From contig CALVUM010000083.1 of assembly GCA_944363605.1 (NCBI GenBank), positions 1 to 50,351 on the forward strand: a stretch of 50,351 nt of DNA. The letters run 5' to 3'. A model generated the notes under the pieces. That model ran no database searches. It saw nothing but the letters and a program-made list of their open reading frames with translations, and had not been told where the DNA came from. Numbering within the stretch: the stretch's first letter is position 1; the number at the start of each line of letters is the position of its first letter. Positions 29,191 through 39,142 of the stretch are shown here, one piece after another. Source of the stretch: an uncultured Bacilli bacterium. Lineage in GTDB: Bacteria > Bacillota_I > Bacilli_A > RF39 > UBA660. Both the position numbers and the translations under genes were made by a program.

Positions 29191-30854
29191 TGAATATCGT
29201 AAAAGATTTGATTTTACTCGCTTTAGGAAATCGTGTTACGGAAAATGATTTACAAAAATATTTAAAAGAAGAATTTGCTTTAGAGATTTCTCAAGAAGAA
29301 ATTCTTAAAATTGTTGAAGAAATTAAAAAGGATCCAGATTTATCGCGTAAATTAACAAGCTTAAAAATTGATTCTAATATAGATATCAAAAAATTTGCTT
29401 TCGAGACTTTTTTAGAAGGGAAAAATGTTCAAGAGAAAAAAGACTTTACTTTAGAAAAAGAAAAATTGAGCAGTTTCTATTCAAAATTATATGAACAAGA
29501 TAATTCTTCTTTTGCTGATTTCATAAATCATGAGATAAATAATAGTGGCAAAAAAGAACTTTCTATAGCAAACGAGTTGATATTCTTAGCTTTAACTGAC
29601 GCGATCGCAATTGATCGAATACATATATATTTATTAGGGAGATACGGATTAGATATAAAAAAAATTCTTGTTACAAATATTGTTTCTAAACTTAAGGAAG
29701 ACCCTAGAATCGTTAATCTTATTGAATTGATTAAATTAGATGAAAAGATAAATTTATATAATTTACTATCTGTATTATATTTATTAGGAACAGGAAAATC
29801 TTTTATAGAAGTTGCAATTTATTTAAAAATAAAAGAAAGTGAAGTAAAGCGAATTGTCGAAGAATTCGGGTTAATTCGTTCCCTTGTTTCTAATCAGGAT
29901 TTGTATAGAATAATTTGGGAACAAGAGAAATCTTTTGAAAATCAACCTATAGAAGTTTTGTATAAAAAATATGCAGAGTTAGAAGAACAATATCATTGTA
30001 ATTTAAAAGACTATTCCAGTGAAATTAGAATTAATCAATATACTTCTTATAAAAGAAAATTTCAGTTGGTTGAAGAATATTTACGTTCAGATTTTCAACT
30101 TACGGATAATTATTTAGCAACGAAGTATAATCTTGAGGTAGCTACATTAAAATCGATAATTACTTCTAAAGAAGAATTAATGAAAGTTACTTCTTTAGAA
30201 AATGCTGAAAAAATTCTTGCTTATAGATATCAAAATGCTAAAGAACAAAGAAGTTGCATTGCTGAGGAGTATGGACCACTTAAAAATAAACCATATGTAA
30301 CCGATGAGAAAATATTTAAAATTATTAATAATCTTGGTTTTTATTTTCAAATTATTGTAACTTTTCGTTTGAGTTTAGAAGACTTTGCTTTAATAATGAA
30401 ATATCCCAATCTAGATAATCTTAAAAGTGCTTTGATTTTTGAGTTAGGTAATAAATCTACTACTCAACAGAATGCTTTAAAATATATTCTTGCTACTTAT
30501 CAAGGTAAAAATATTCTAAAATGTCAAGAAGCTGTTCGTTTTGTTAATACTTATGTTTCTTTGAAACGTGAAGGAAAAAAGGAAGAGGCTTTAAAAATGT
30601 ATAAAGATTTGTATCAAGTTGATCAAGATTTCGATATTCTGTTTAAAGAAAAGGCAAATAAAACATTGACTCGTGACGAAGAAAAATTAATCGCTTTAAA
30701 GTACAAAGTAAAATATGCTGTTCCTTGGAGTCTTTTTCCTTTTTTAAAAGCCAATGTTATGGATATGGAAACTCCTTTACCTAAGGAATTACGTGATGAA
30801 TATGAATTAAATGAAAAATATGCCAATACTAAACCAACTTTTGGAAAGAAGTAA
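29190..30854 (+). CDS. Hypothetical protein with an N-terminal tandem domain duplication and HTH-like segments
   Basis: 554-aa ORF; TAATG overlap with lepA; no family recognised. Confidence 0.6.
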   Translation: MNIVKDLILLALGNRVTENDLQKYLKEEFALEISQEEILKIVEEIKKDPDLSRKLTSLKIDSNIDIKKFAFETFLEGKNVQEKKDFTLEKEKLSSFYSKLYEQDNSSFADFINHEINNSGKKELSIANELIFLALTDAIAIDRIHIYLLGRYGLDIKKILVTNIVSKLKEDPRIVNLIELIKLDEKINLYNLLSVLYLLGTGKSFIEVAIYLKIKESEVKRIVEEFGLIRSLVSNQDLYRIIWEQEKSFENQPIEVLYKKYAELEEQYHCNLKDYSSEIRINQYTSYKRKFQLVEEYLRSDFQLTDNYLATKYNLEVATLKSIITSKEELMKVTSLENAEKILAYRYQNAKEQRSCIAEEYGPLKNKPYVTDEKIFKIINNLGFYFQIIVTFRLSLEDFALIMKYPNLDNLKSALIFELGNKSTTQQNALKYILATYQGKNILKCQEAVRFVNTYVSLKREGKKEEALKMYKDLYQVDQDFDILFKEKANKTLTRDEEKLIALKYKVKYAVPWSLFPFLKANVMDMETPLPKELRDEYELNEKYANTKPTFGKK

Positions 30855-30856
30855 AA

Positions 30857-31939
30857 ATGAAAGCAGTTTATATTCATATTCCTTTTTGCAAATCTATTTG
30901 TTCCTATTGTGACTTTTGTAAGGTTTTTTACTATTCAAAATGGGCACATCAATATTTAGTAAAATTAAAAGAAGAAATTTTAGATCTCTATGATGGAGAA
31001 GAGGTAAAAAGTATTTATATTGGTGGTGGGACACCTTCTGTCATTACGGTAAGTGAGCTTAAATTTCTAATGGAGCTTTTAAAGATTTTTAAACGTTCAA
31101 TATCTTGTGAAATTACTTTTGAGTGTAATTTAGAAGATATTTCTAAAGAATTGCTAACTATTTTAAAGCAAAATCAAGTTACACGTTTAAGTATTGGAGT
31201 TCAAAGCTTTCAAGTAGAGAATTTAAAAAAATTAGGTAGAAATCATACTTTTAAAGATGCTTTTTCTAGAATTGCTTTAATTCGAGAGTTGGGTTTTAAA
31301 AATATTAATTTGGATCTTATCTACGCAATTCCTGGTGAAACTATGAAAATGTTGAAAGAAGATATTAAATGTTTTTTAGCTTTAAAACCTGATCATATTA
31401 GTACATATAGTTTAATGATTGAGCCGAATACACTTTTATGGATTAATGGCACTAGGCCAATTAAAGAAGAATTAGATGAAGAGATGTATCGTTATATTTG
31501 TAAAAGTTTTGGAAAAAAGGGATATTCGCATTATGAAATTAGTAATTTTGCTAAACCAGGGTATGAGTCAATTCATAATTTGACTTATTGGAATAATGAA
31601 GAGTATTATGGGTTTGGTTTATCCGCATCAGGTTATATCGAACAAATTCGTTATACAAATACAAAAAATTTATCTAAATATTTACAAGGTAAATACAAAG
31701 GAACTGAAGAAATATTATCTAAAAAAGATATTATGGATAATGAAATGATGTTAGGTTTAAGAAAGGTTAAAGGAATTGATAAAGAAAAATTCGAAAAAAA
31801 ATATCAAGTAAAAATGGAAGATGTTTATCCAATTAAACCTTTGTTAAAAAATGGAAATTTAGAAGAAAAAAAAGGATATATATTTATTCCTTACGAAAAA
31901 CTTTACGTTATGAATGAAATTCTTTTAAAAATGATTTAA
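30857..31939 (+). CDS. hemW: Radical SAM heme chaperone HemW
   Basis: YIHIPFCKSICSYCDF, IYIGGGTPS, RLSIGVQSF, HYEISNFA, HNLTYW. Confidence 0.93.
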   Translation: MKAVYIHIPFCKSICSYCDFCKVFYYSKWAHQYLVKLKEEILDLYDGEEVKSIYIGGGTPSVITVSELKFLMELLKIFKRSISCEITFECNLEDISKELLTILKQNQVTRLSIGVQSFQVENLKKLGRNHTFKDAFSRIALIRELGFKNINLDLIYAIPGETMKMLKEDIKCFLALKPDHISTYSLMIEPNTLLWINGTRPIKEELDEEMYRYICKSFGKKGYSHYEISNFAKPGYESIHNLTYWNNEEYYGFGLSASGYIEQIRYTNTKNLSKYLQGKYKGTEEILSKKDIMDNEMMLGLRKVKGIDKEKFEKKYQVKMEDVYPIKPLLKNGNLEEKKGYIFIPYEKLYVMNEILLKMI

Positions 31940-31944
31940 ATAAA

Positions 31945-31973
31945 GAATATTTTTTCTCACTTTTGGCAAACTA
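31945..31973 (+). promoter_or_regulatory. SigF-like promoter
   Basis: GAATA-15 nt-GGCAAACTA resembles the Bacillus SigF consensus. Confidence 0.45.
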
Positions 31974-31981
31974 TTTATAAG

Positions 31982-32479
31982 GTGATTCTCGTGAAAAAAA
32001 TATTCTTTTTTCTTTTCCTTTTTTTTAGTTTTGTTCCTTTAGTTTTTGCGGATTCGATAAAAAATTTAGAGGTGATAAATGGAACTTTGTCTAGAAAATT
32101 TGAATCGACAAATAATGTTTATTCTGTTATTTTAGATGAATCCGAGGATTCTCTTAAAATTACTTATGAGCTTAATGATCCAGAGGCTAAAGTTGTTTTT
32201 CATGATAATGAATACATAGAAAATGGAAAAAACAAAATGAGTCTTGAAGTAGAGAATACAGATGGCACGAAAGAGATCTATACATTTTATTTAGAAAAGG
32301 AAGAAACAACACCGGTTTTTAATGAAACGATTTTGTCTAATAATGTTTATGAGCAAAAGGAAATTCCTTTTTTATCTTGGTATGTAGGAGCTGTTTGTTT
32401 TATTCTTATCGCTTTATCTTTTAAAGTTGTAGTGTTAGGATTTAAAAAAAATAAGAAATGTCTAAAAAAGAAATTTTAA
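31982..32479 (+). CDS. Exported protein with cadherin-like beta-sandwich region and C-terminal membrane anchor
   Basis: Signal peptide ending VFA; LKNLEV/GTLS..F......Y.V pattern; V..TDGTKEIYT; C-terminal TM plus basic tail. Confidence 0.6.
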   Translation: MILVKKIFFFLFLFFSFVPLVFADSIKNLEVINGTLSRKFESTNNVYSVILDESEDSLKITYELNDPEAKVVFHDNEYIENGKNKMSLEVENTDGTKEIYTFYLEKEETTPVFNETILSNNVYEQKEIPFLSWYVGAVCFILIALSFKVVVLGFKKNKKCLKKKF

Positions 32480-32554
32480 TGCTTTTTCTTTGAGTTTTAT
32501 TTTGTCTATTTAAAAAGAGTGCATTAAAAAAAATCTTTTTCATATTATTTTATT

Positions 32555-33166
32555 ATGGAAAAGTTGATTGCGCACAGAGGTTTAAAAAAGGCGGTTAAAG
32601 AAAATACAATAGATGCTTTTACTTTAGCTTTAAATAACGAGCATTATGTTGGTTTTGAGTGTGACATAAGAACAACTAAAGACGGTGTTTTTGTCATCGC
32701 TCATAATCCGATGATAGGTTTAGATATTATATCTAACACGCCTTATAGGGAATTAGCTAGAAAGTATACTCTTCCTACTTTAGAGCAAGTATTAAAATTA
32801 GATTCTGATAAAATTTTTCTTTTAGAAATTAAAGAAAGTAATATTCATCAAAAAAAATTTCAAACGTTGATTCAAAAATATCCTACAAAAAAAATTTATG
32901 TAATGAGTTTTTTTAATAAAGTCATTCAAGAATTAAGTAAAACGAAAAAACAAGAGAAGTATGGTGTTCTAAATTATGTTTTTAATAGCGAAGAATCTTA
33001 TCAAGAATATGATTTTATTTGTTTGTTAGAGAATATTATAAGTAAAAAAATGGAACTTTTTTTTCATGAAAAAAAGATTGAAACGTTTATTTATGGTATA
33101 CATAACTTTCAAAAAACAAAAAAAGAATATCCCAATTCTTATTTAATTACAGATGAAATTCTTTGA
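32555..33166 (+). CDS. Glycerophosphodiester phosphodiesterase family protein
   Basis: IAHRG, ENT, ECDIRTTKDG...IAH, LPTLEQVL, LEIK. Confidence 0.88.
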   Translation: MEKLIAHRGLKKAVKENTIDAFTLALNNEHYVGFECDIRTTKDGVFVIAHNPMIGLDIISNTPYRELARKYTLPTLEQVLKLDSDKIFLLEIKESNIHQKKFQTLIQKYPTKKIYVMSFFNKVIQELSKTKKQEKYGVLNYVFNSEESYQEYDFICLLENIISKKMELFFHEKKIETFIYGIHNFQKTKKEYPNSYLITDEIL

Positions 33167-33195
33167 TAAAAAAAGAGAAAAATTTTTCTCGGTTT

Positions 33196-33351
33196 TTATA
33201 GATGAATTTTAGGATATGGTTTTCTTTCATTTGTAAGTCCAATTAAATAATCAACACTTACATTATAATATTTAGCTAGAACAGATAATTTATCGATAGG
33301 GATTGTTCTTATGCCACGTTCATATCTAGAATATTGAACCTGACTGATCTT
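33196..33351 (-). pseudogene. C-terminal half of an XRE-family HTH regulator
   Basis: KISQVQYSRYERGIRTIPIDKLSVLAKYYNVSVDYLIGLTNERKPYPKIHL-stop; no start codon. Confidence 0.8.
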
Positions 33352-33512
33352 TACTTAACCAAATGAATGAAAAAAAATATATAACAGCTAAAAAAGACAA
33401 TTTTACCCCAAAAAAACTACATAAAAACTTTTTTCGCATAAAATATAACTAACTGGTATTAAAATCAAGTTCTCCTTTGGGTTATATGAAAAAATAGGAA
33501 TGCGGTGGTGTT

Positions 33513-33644
33513 ATGAATATTGATAGGTTAAAAGAAATTAGAAAAGATAGAGATTTGCAACAAAAAGATGTTGCGAAAATATTAAAATGTAATCATACTG
33601 CATTTTTTGAAGCTATACGAATTTTGAAAACAAAAGTAAAATAA
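33513..33644 (+). pseudogene. N-terminal half of an XRE-family HTH regulator
   Basis: MNIDRLKEIRKDRDLQQKDVAKILK, then similarity fades before a stop; RBS-like GGTGGTG. Confidence 0.75.
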
Positions 33645-33722
33645 TAATAATTTTATTTTTGGGGAATATTGTATTTTTCTGAAATTGTTGGTATAATCAA
33701 AACAGAATAGAGGGTATTAGTT

Positions 33723-35534
33723 ATGTTTGGAAGAATTATTTTTATCAGTGAAAGCGTTGCTCATTTAGAAAATACTTTGAAAAATAATGAGACTATGGAT
33801 TTAATGAATATTCATGTGATTTTTGAAGCTCCAAATCAACGAATTTTAGGAGAAATATCTGAAATTAATCCAGATATTATTAAAATTCGTTTTTTAGGTG
33901 AATATATAGATGGAAGATATGTTAATGGTGTAATAAGAAAGCCTCTTTTATCTAGCAAAATTCGAGTTATTAATGAAAGTGAACTTCGAGAACTTATTGG
34001 TTCTAAGACTACAAAATCTTTTGAACTTGGGCATAGCGCTATTTATAAAAATTATATTGTGTATCCTCAGATAAATGCTTTTTTTTCCAATCATTTCTTT
34101 ATTTGCGGTAATTCTGGAGCTGGTAAAACTCATGGAATCTCTAGAATTATTCAAAATGTTTTTGCGGATAAATCTGTAGTAAATGAAAATGCAAATATTT
34201 TTCTTTTTGATGCATATGGTGAATATAAAAATGCTTTACGAGGAATTTCTAAATATAATCCGAATTATCAGTATAAATTTATTACTTCTAATGTCCATGA
34301 GGAAGATGATGTGGGGTTAGAAATTCCAGTTAGTCTTTTAAAACTTGATGATATGGCCTTGCTTTTACAGGCCAGTAGTCATAGTCAATTACCGATTATT
34401 GAAAGAACTATTCGTTTAGCGAAAATTTTTAGTCAAAACAATGAAGAAAGCACAAGATATAAGAATCATTTGATTGCTAAAGCTCTCTTAGCTATTTTGT
34501 TTAGTAATCAAACTACAGCTCATAAAAAGAATGAGATTTTTACCATTATTGAAGTTTGTCATACAGAAGATTTCAATTTTGATTCTAGAATAGCAGGACT
34601 TGGGTATTCTAGAAGTTTTTCTGAATGTTTTGAAATTGATTCGAATGGGAATTTTGGAGAATCTGTTTTAATTACTGATTATATTTTAAAACATGTTGAC
34701 GATACTTTAGAAGAAACAAAAGAACCAGAAGTTTATTCTTATTCGATGCTAGATTTTGCAAAAGCTTTGGAATTTACTTTAATTAGTGAAGGTTTTCAGA
34801 ATAATAGTAAAGTATATGATGATGCCATTATGATAAAGGTTCGTTTATCTAGTATTTTAAATACTAAAGTAGGAACGTATTTTGTAAATAAAGGATATGT
34901 TACATCGGAAGATTTTGTGAAAAGTTTAGTTGTTAAAAATGGCAAAAAAGCCCAGATTATTAATATCAATCTTGAAGATGTCGATGATGTTTATGCGAAA
35001 GTTATTGTGAAAATTATTTGCCGATTATTATTTGAATATACTAAAAGTTTAAAAAATCGAGCTTCTATGCCGATTCATATGATTTTAGAAGAAGCACATC
35101 GTTATATTCAAAAGGATAATGATACGTTTTTAATTGGATATAATATTTTTGATCGTATTGCTAAAGAGGGACGAAAATATGGAGCTATTTTAGGAATTAT
35201 TTCGCAACGACCTGTCGAGATTAGCGATACAGTAATTGCTCAAGTGTCAAATTTTTTGATTTTTAAAATGACTCATCCAAAAGATTTAAAATATATTGAA
35301 GAGATGCTTCCAAATATTTCAAGCGATGTTATTGAAAAACAAAAAACTTTGCAACCTGGTAATTGTGTAGCCTTTGGTGGGGCTTTTAAAATTCCTATGA
35401 TTGTCAAAATGGATATGCCAGATCCACCACCATATAGTTCAAACTGTGATGTAAGTGGTTGCTGGATAATTCATAAAGAAAATGCTCCTTCGAATAATAC
35501 ACCAAATGTACAAACTTCAGAAACACCTTTATAA
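33723..35534 (+). CDS. HerA-like (DUF87) ATPase
   Basis: HFFICGNSGAGKT Walker A, FDAYGEY, ILEEAHRY Walker B, IAKEGRKYG, SQRP. Confidence 0.88.
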   Translation: MFGRIIFISESVAHLENTLKNNETMDLMNIHVIFEAPNQRILGEISEINPDIIKIRFLGEYIDGRYVNGVIRKPLLSSKIRVINESELRELIGSKTTKSFELGHSAIYKNYIVYPQINAFFSNHFFICGNSGAGKTHGISRIIQNVFADKSVVNENANIFLFDAYGEYKNALRGISKYNPNYQYKFITSNVHEEDDVGLEIPVSLLKLDDMALLLQASSHSQLPIIERTIRLAKIFSQNNEESTRYKNHLIAKALLAILFSNQTTAHKKNEIFTIIEVCHTEDFNFDSRIAGLGYSRSFSECFEIDSNGNFGESVLITDYILKHVDDTLEETKEPEVYSYSMLDFAKALEFTLISEGFQNNSKVYDDAIMIKVRLSSILNTKVGTYFVNKGYVTSEDFVKSLVVKNGKKAQIININLEDVDDVYAKVIVKIICRLLFEYTKSLKNRASMPIHMILEEAHRYIQKDNDTFLIGYNIFDRIAKEGRKYGAILGIISQRPVEISDTVIAQVSNFLIFKMTHPKDLKYIEEMLPNISSDVIEKQKTLQPGNCVAFGGAFKIPMIVKMDMPDPPPYSSNCDVSGCWIIHKENAPSNNTPNVQTSETPL

Positions 35535-35567
35535 AAAATTCAAATCGTTTAAAGGAAAAGAGATAAT

Positions 35568-35999
35568 ATGAAAAAAGTATTACTTAGCATTTTTATCTGT
35601 GTATTAATAATAACTGGATGTACAAATAAATTCTCTAAAAAAGAAGAAAGAATATATGGCCTTGAAGGAGTAACTTTATCATTAAATAGTTTTAGTAATA
35701 CAGAGGCTTCCTTAACTTTAAAAAATGAAAGTGAACATACTTTATATTATGGTGAAGAATATTTTATTCAAGAAAATCAAAACAATGAGTGGATAGATTT
35801 AGAACTTTTAAATGAAAACATAGTCCATCCTATTTTACATATATTAAAACCGAATAATGATTTTGCTATAAACATGAAATGGGAGCAGGTTTATGGCACT
35901 TTAAAAAACGGAAAGTATCGATTGGTAAAATCGGTTGCTTTAGATGAAAAATTAAAAGAAAACTACTATATTACTTGTGAATTTGAAATTGCTGAATAA
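35568..35999 (+). CDS. Lipoprotein with Ig-like domain
   Basis: Lipobox IITG-C; LTLKNES...YGEEY, W...YGTLKNGKYRLVK. Confidence 0.7.
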   Translation: MKKVLLSIFICVLIITGCTNKFSKKEERIYGLEGVTLSLNSFSNTEASLTLKNESEHTLYYGEEYFIQENQNNEWIDLELLNENIVHPILHILKPNNDFAINMKWEQVYGTLKNGKYRLVKSVALDEKLKENYYITCEFEIAE

Positions 36000-36103
36000 T
36001 TTTTAAATATAAATAGGCAAGAGTACTTTATTTTAATTAACGTATTTGACAATTTTTTACTAAAGATATTGAAACCTCATTCAATATTTGATAAAATGAA
36101 ATT

Positions 36104-36268
36104 ACCAAAGGTAAGTTAGTTTATAAAACCGACTATGGTGATGATTGGGAATCAGAACTCTACATGGTGTAGAAAACTAATCCATTAAGTGAATTAGGCT
36201 CCTAAAATGTAGATGAGATGCCCCCCTCTCGAGTGAGCGGGATTTTATCACACTTGCTTACATTTGGT
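36104..36268 (+). ncRNA. ssrS: 6S RNA
   Basis: End pairing ACCAAA..GTAAG / CTTAC..TTTGGT; internal CCC...GCGGG element; TTGAAA-17-TAAAAT promoter with extended TG (36069-36097); directly upstream of tcdA/yrvM as in Bacillus. Confidence 0.75.
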
Positions 36269-36279
36269 TTTTTTGTGGA

Positions 36280-36948
36280 GTGAAAAATATGAATGAAAGA
36301 ACGATTGATTTATTAGGAGAAGAAAAATTTTTAAGAATTCAAAATTGTCATATCTTGCTTATTGGTTTAGGTGGAGTTGGGGGATATGCTTTTGAAGCTT
36401 TAATTCGCAGTGGAATAAAAAATATTACCATAGTTGATTTTGATACTTTTGAAGTAAGTAATTTAAACCGTCAAATTTATGCTCTTCAAAAAACTCTTGG
36501 TAAAAATAAATGTGAGATGGCTTTTTTTAGGGCACGAGAGATTAATCCTAATGTAAGTATTCAAATTTGGAATCAACGACTTACTAAGGAACAGATAACA
36601 AGCGAGTTTTTAGCTCCTTTTGATTATGTTATTGATGCGTGTGATGATGTGATGGTAAAAAGAGCATTATTTCTACAATGTGCTTTTGAGAAGAAAAAAC
36701 TTATTTCTTGTATGGGTACTGCAAATCGTACTCATCCAGAATTTTTAGAAATTACTACTCTTGATAAAACATATAATGATCCGTTAGCTAAAAAGATTCG
36801 CAATTCTTTTAAAAGTTCTTCTGTTTTAAAAACTAAGGTTGTATGGAGTAGGGAAAGACCTGTTAAACAAAAAAAATTAGGAACGATTTGTTCTGTTCCT
36901 ATGAGTGCAGGTAGCTTACTTGCTTCTTTTGTCATCAATGATCTTTAA
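36280..36948 (+). CDS. tcdA: tRNA threonylcarbamoyladenosine dehydratase (ThiF family)
   Basis: IGLGGVGG, DFD....SNLNRQ, YVIDACD, ISCMG, DPLAKKIR. Confidence 0.88.
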   Translation: MKNMNERTIDLLGEEKFLRIQNCHILLIGLGGVGGYAFEALIRSGIKNITIVDFDTFEVSNLNRQIYALQKTLGKNKCEMAFFRAREINPNVSIQIWNQRLTKEQITSEFLAPFDYVIDACDDVMVKRALFLQCAFEKKKLISCMGTANRTHPEFLEITTLDKTYNDPLAKKIRNSFKSSSVLKTKVVWSRERPVKQKKLGTICSVPMSAGSLLASFVINDL

Positions 36949-36949
36949 T

Positions 36950-37876
36950 TTATTTTTCGTATGTTTGTTTATATATACTATAAAGGAGAGGAAATTTTTC
37001 CTTCTTTTTTATTAAAGAATTGATGCTTTTTAAGCCAATGTATCCTTCCACGGTATTTTGTTTTAAAAATATAGATGCTTCTTTTTTGGTTTTTATTAAT
37101 AAGCGACCATAAGAGAAGTTTCTAGAGCTCATAGAAGAGCCAGTTAGAAAAAAGTCTCCTAAAGTTCCTGCATAAATATTTTCACTAGGATAATCTAATA
37201 CATAATATAAAATTTGGATATATTCTTTATAACATTCCGTTAAATAAGAAAAAATAGTTGAGGAAAATGGACTTTTTGCGTAGGCCATTCCTGCTCCAAT
37301 GGCATAAATGTTTTTTAAAACACTTCCGAGTTCTAATGCTCTTTCTTCTTTCGTTCTTTCTAAATGAATTCTTTTTGGAACAAGTGAAACAAAGAGATCA
37401 AAGACGCTTTTTTCTTTGGTTGCTACAGTTATAAATACTTCGGCGCCTAAAATTAGATCAGCTGCTAGATTTGGACCAGCAAAAAAAGCTGTTTTATGGG
37501 TGTTTAAGGCATTTTTGATATATTTGCTATAGAAGTATGGCTTTTCGTCTAATAATCCTTTAGAACCTATAAAAATAGGTATAGAAGACTTATAATATTT
37601 TTTGATTTGTAATATTGTATCTTTTATATATGGACTTGCCACAAGTAAGAAAATAGCTTTTGTGTCTTTTAAAGCTTCTTCAATGTTTGTGGTAACAAAG
37701 ACGTTTTTAGGTTTTTCTAAATTTTTCCCATCGAAATATAGTTTATTTTCTTGATGGGCTTTTTTTTCAAATGTTTCATCAGGTGTCCATATAGTAATTT
37801 GATGATTTTTATTTTTTGAAAGCAGATTAGCAATAGCAAGACTAAAAACGCCACTTCCAAAACAAGTTATTTTCAT
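36950..37876 (-). CDS. gpsA: NAD(P)H-dependent glycerol-3-phosphate dehydrogenase
   Basis: GSGVFS, SKGL, GPNLA, LKNIYAIGAG, LGDFFLT...SRN..YG, TVEG. Confidence 0.88.
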   Translation of the reverse strand: MKITCFGSGVFSLAIANLLSKNKNHQITIWTPDETFEKKAHQENKLYFDGKNLEKPKNVFVTTNIEEALKDTKAIFLLVASPYIKDTILQIKKYYKSSIPIFIGSKGLLDEKPYFYSKYIKNALNTHKTAFFAGPNLAADLILGAEVFITVATKEKSVFDLFVSLVPKRIHLERTKEERALELGSVLKNIYAIGAGMAYAKSPFSSTIFSYLTECYKEYIQILYYVLDYPSENIYAGTLGDFFLTGSSMSSRNFSYGRLLIKTKKEASIFLKQNTVEGYIGLKSINSLIKKKEKFPLLYSIYKQTYEK

Positions 37877-39087
37877 TTTTCACCTCGCATTTCTTTCCAT
37901 AGTTTATTTAAATTATCTTCATATTTATTTTTTTTCGGATGGTAATATTTTTTCCCATGTAAGTTTTTAGGTAAATATTCTTGTTTCACGTAAGAATTAG
38001 GAAAATTGTGCGGATATAAGTAAGTTTTTGATGTTGTTTTAATATGATCCGGAACATTTCCTGTGCTTCCTTTATGTATATCATTTAATGCTTCGTCTAA
38101 AGCTATGTGTGCACTATTAGACTTTGGAGATAAAGCCATTTCTGTTACCATTGTTCCCAATGGAATTCTTGCTTCTGGAAGGCCTACTAACTCACTTGCA
38201 TGAATTGCCGCCATGACTTTTGGACCGATAGAAGGGTTCGCGAGTCCTATATCTTCATAAGCAATTACACTCATCCGTCTATAAATACTATCTAAATCTC
38301 CAGCTTCAATAAGTCTTGCTAGATAATGCAAGGAAGCATCAACATCACTACCACGAATCGATTTTTGAAATGCAGATAGAACATCGTAATGTCCATCTTC
38401 GTTTTTGTCATGGAAAAAAACCGGTTTGGCTTGAATATTTTTTAATAATTCCAAAGTAATTTTTTTATCTGAAGAAGCATAGTAGGCTGTTTCTAATAAA
38501 TTTAAAGCACTTCGAACATCACCACTAGATACTGTTGCAATAAACCTTAAACTTTCTTCATCAATCTTAATTTCTGGCAAGTATTCTAAAGCTCTTTGTA
38601 ATCCTAAAACGATGTTTTCAATGGTTAATTCATGGACTTCAAAAATTTGGACACGACTCCTGATTGCTGGATTAATCTTATGATAAGGATTTGAAGTTGT
38701 TAAACCTATTAATATTAAAAGACCTGATTCAATGTGAGGAAGCAAAATATCTTGTTTATCTTTGTTCATTCTGTGAATTTCATCAATGATTAAAATCATC
38801 TCGCCATTCATTTTGGCTTCTTCAATCGCAATATCAAAGTCTTGTTTATTATTAATTGTTGCATTTAAAAATCGATGAGGCATTTTTATTTCATTCACCA
38901 AGGCATTAGCTATCGAAGTTTTTCCTGTTCCTGGCTTTCCGTAAAAAATCATTGAACATAAATGATTATTTTTTACTAAGTTAGTTAATATTTTTCCTTC
39001 ACCAATCAAATGTTCTTGACCTAATATATCCGAAAGTTTTTTAGGACGCATTTTATTTGCTAAATTTTCCATATTTTTCACCTTCAT
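37873..39087 (-). CDS. rarA: Replication-associated recombination protein A (start may be ATG 39072)
   Basis: LANKMRP, GQEHL, GKPGTGKTS, IDEIHR, SAFQKSIRGSD, EDIGLA. Confidence 0.95.
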   Translation of the reverse strand: MKVKNMENLANKMRPKKLSDILGQEHLIGEGKILTNLVKNNHLCSMIFYGKPGTGKTSIANALVNEIKMPHRFLNATINNKQDFDIAIEEAKMNGEMILIIDEIHRMNKDKQDILLPHIESGLLILIGLTTSNPYHKINPAIRSRVQIFEVHELTIENIVLGLQRALEYLPEIKIDEESLRFIATVSSGDVRSALNLLETAYYASSDKKITLELLKNIQAKPVFFHDKNEDGHYDVLSAFQKSIRGSDVDASLHYLARLIEAGDLDSIYRRMSVIAYEDIGLANPSIGPKVMAAIHASELVGLPEARIPLGTMVTEMALSPKSNSAHIALDEALNDIHKGSTGNVPDHIKTTSKTYLYPHNFPNSYVKQEYLPKNLHGKKYYHPKKNKYEDNLNKLWKEMRGEK

Positions 39088-39142
39088 TCATTATAACAAA
39101 CTATCGTTTGACAATCAAACAAATATTTTCTATACTTAGTTT

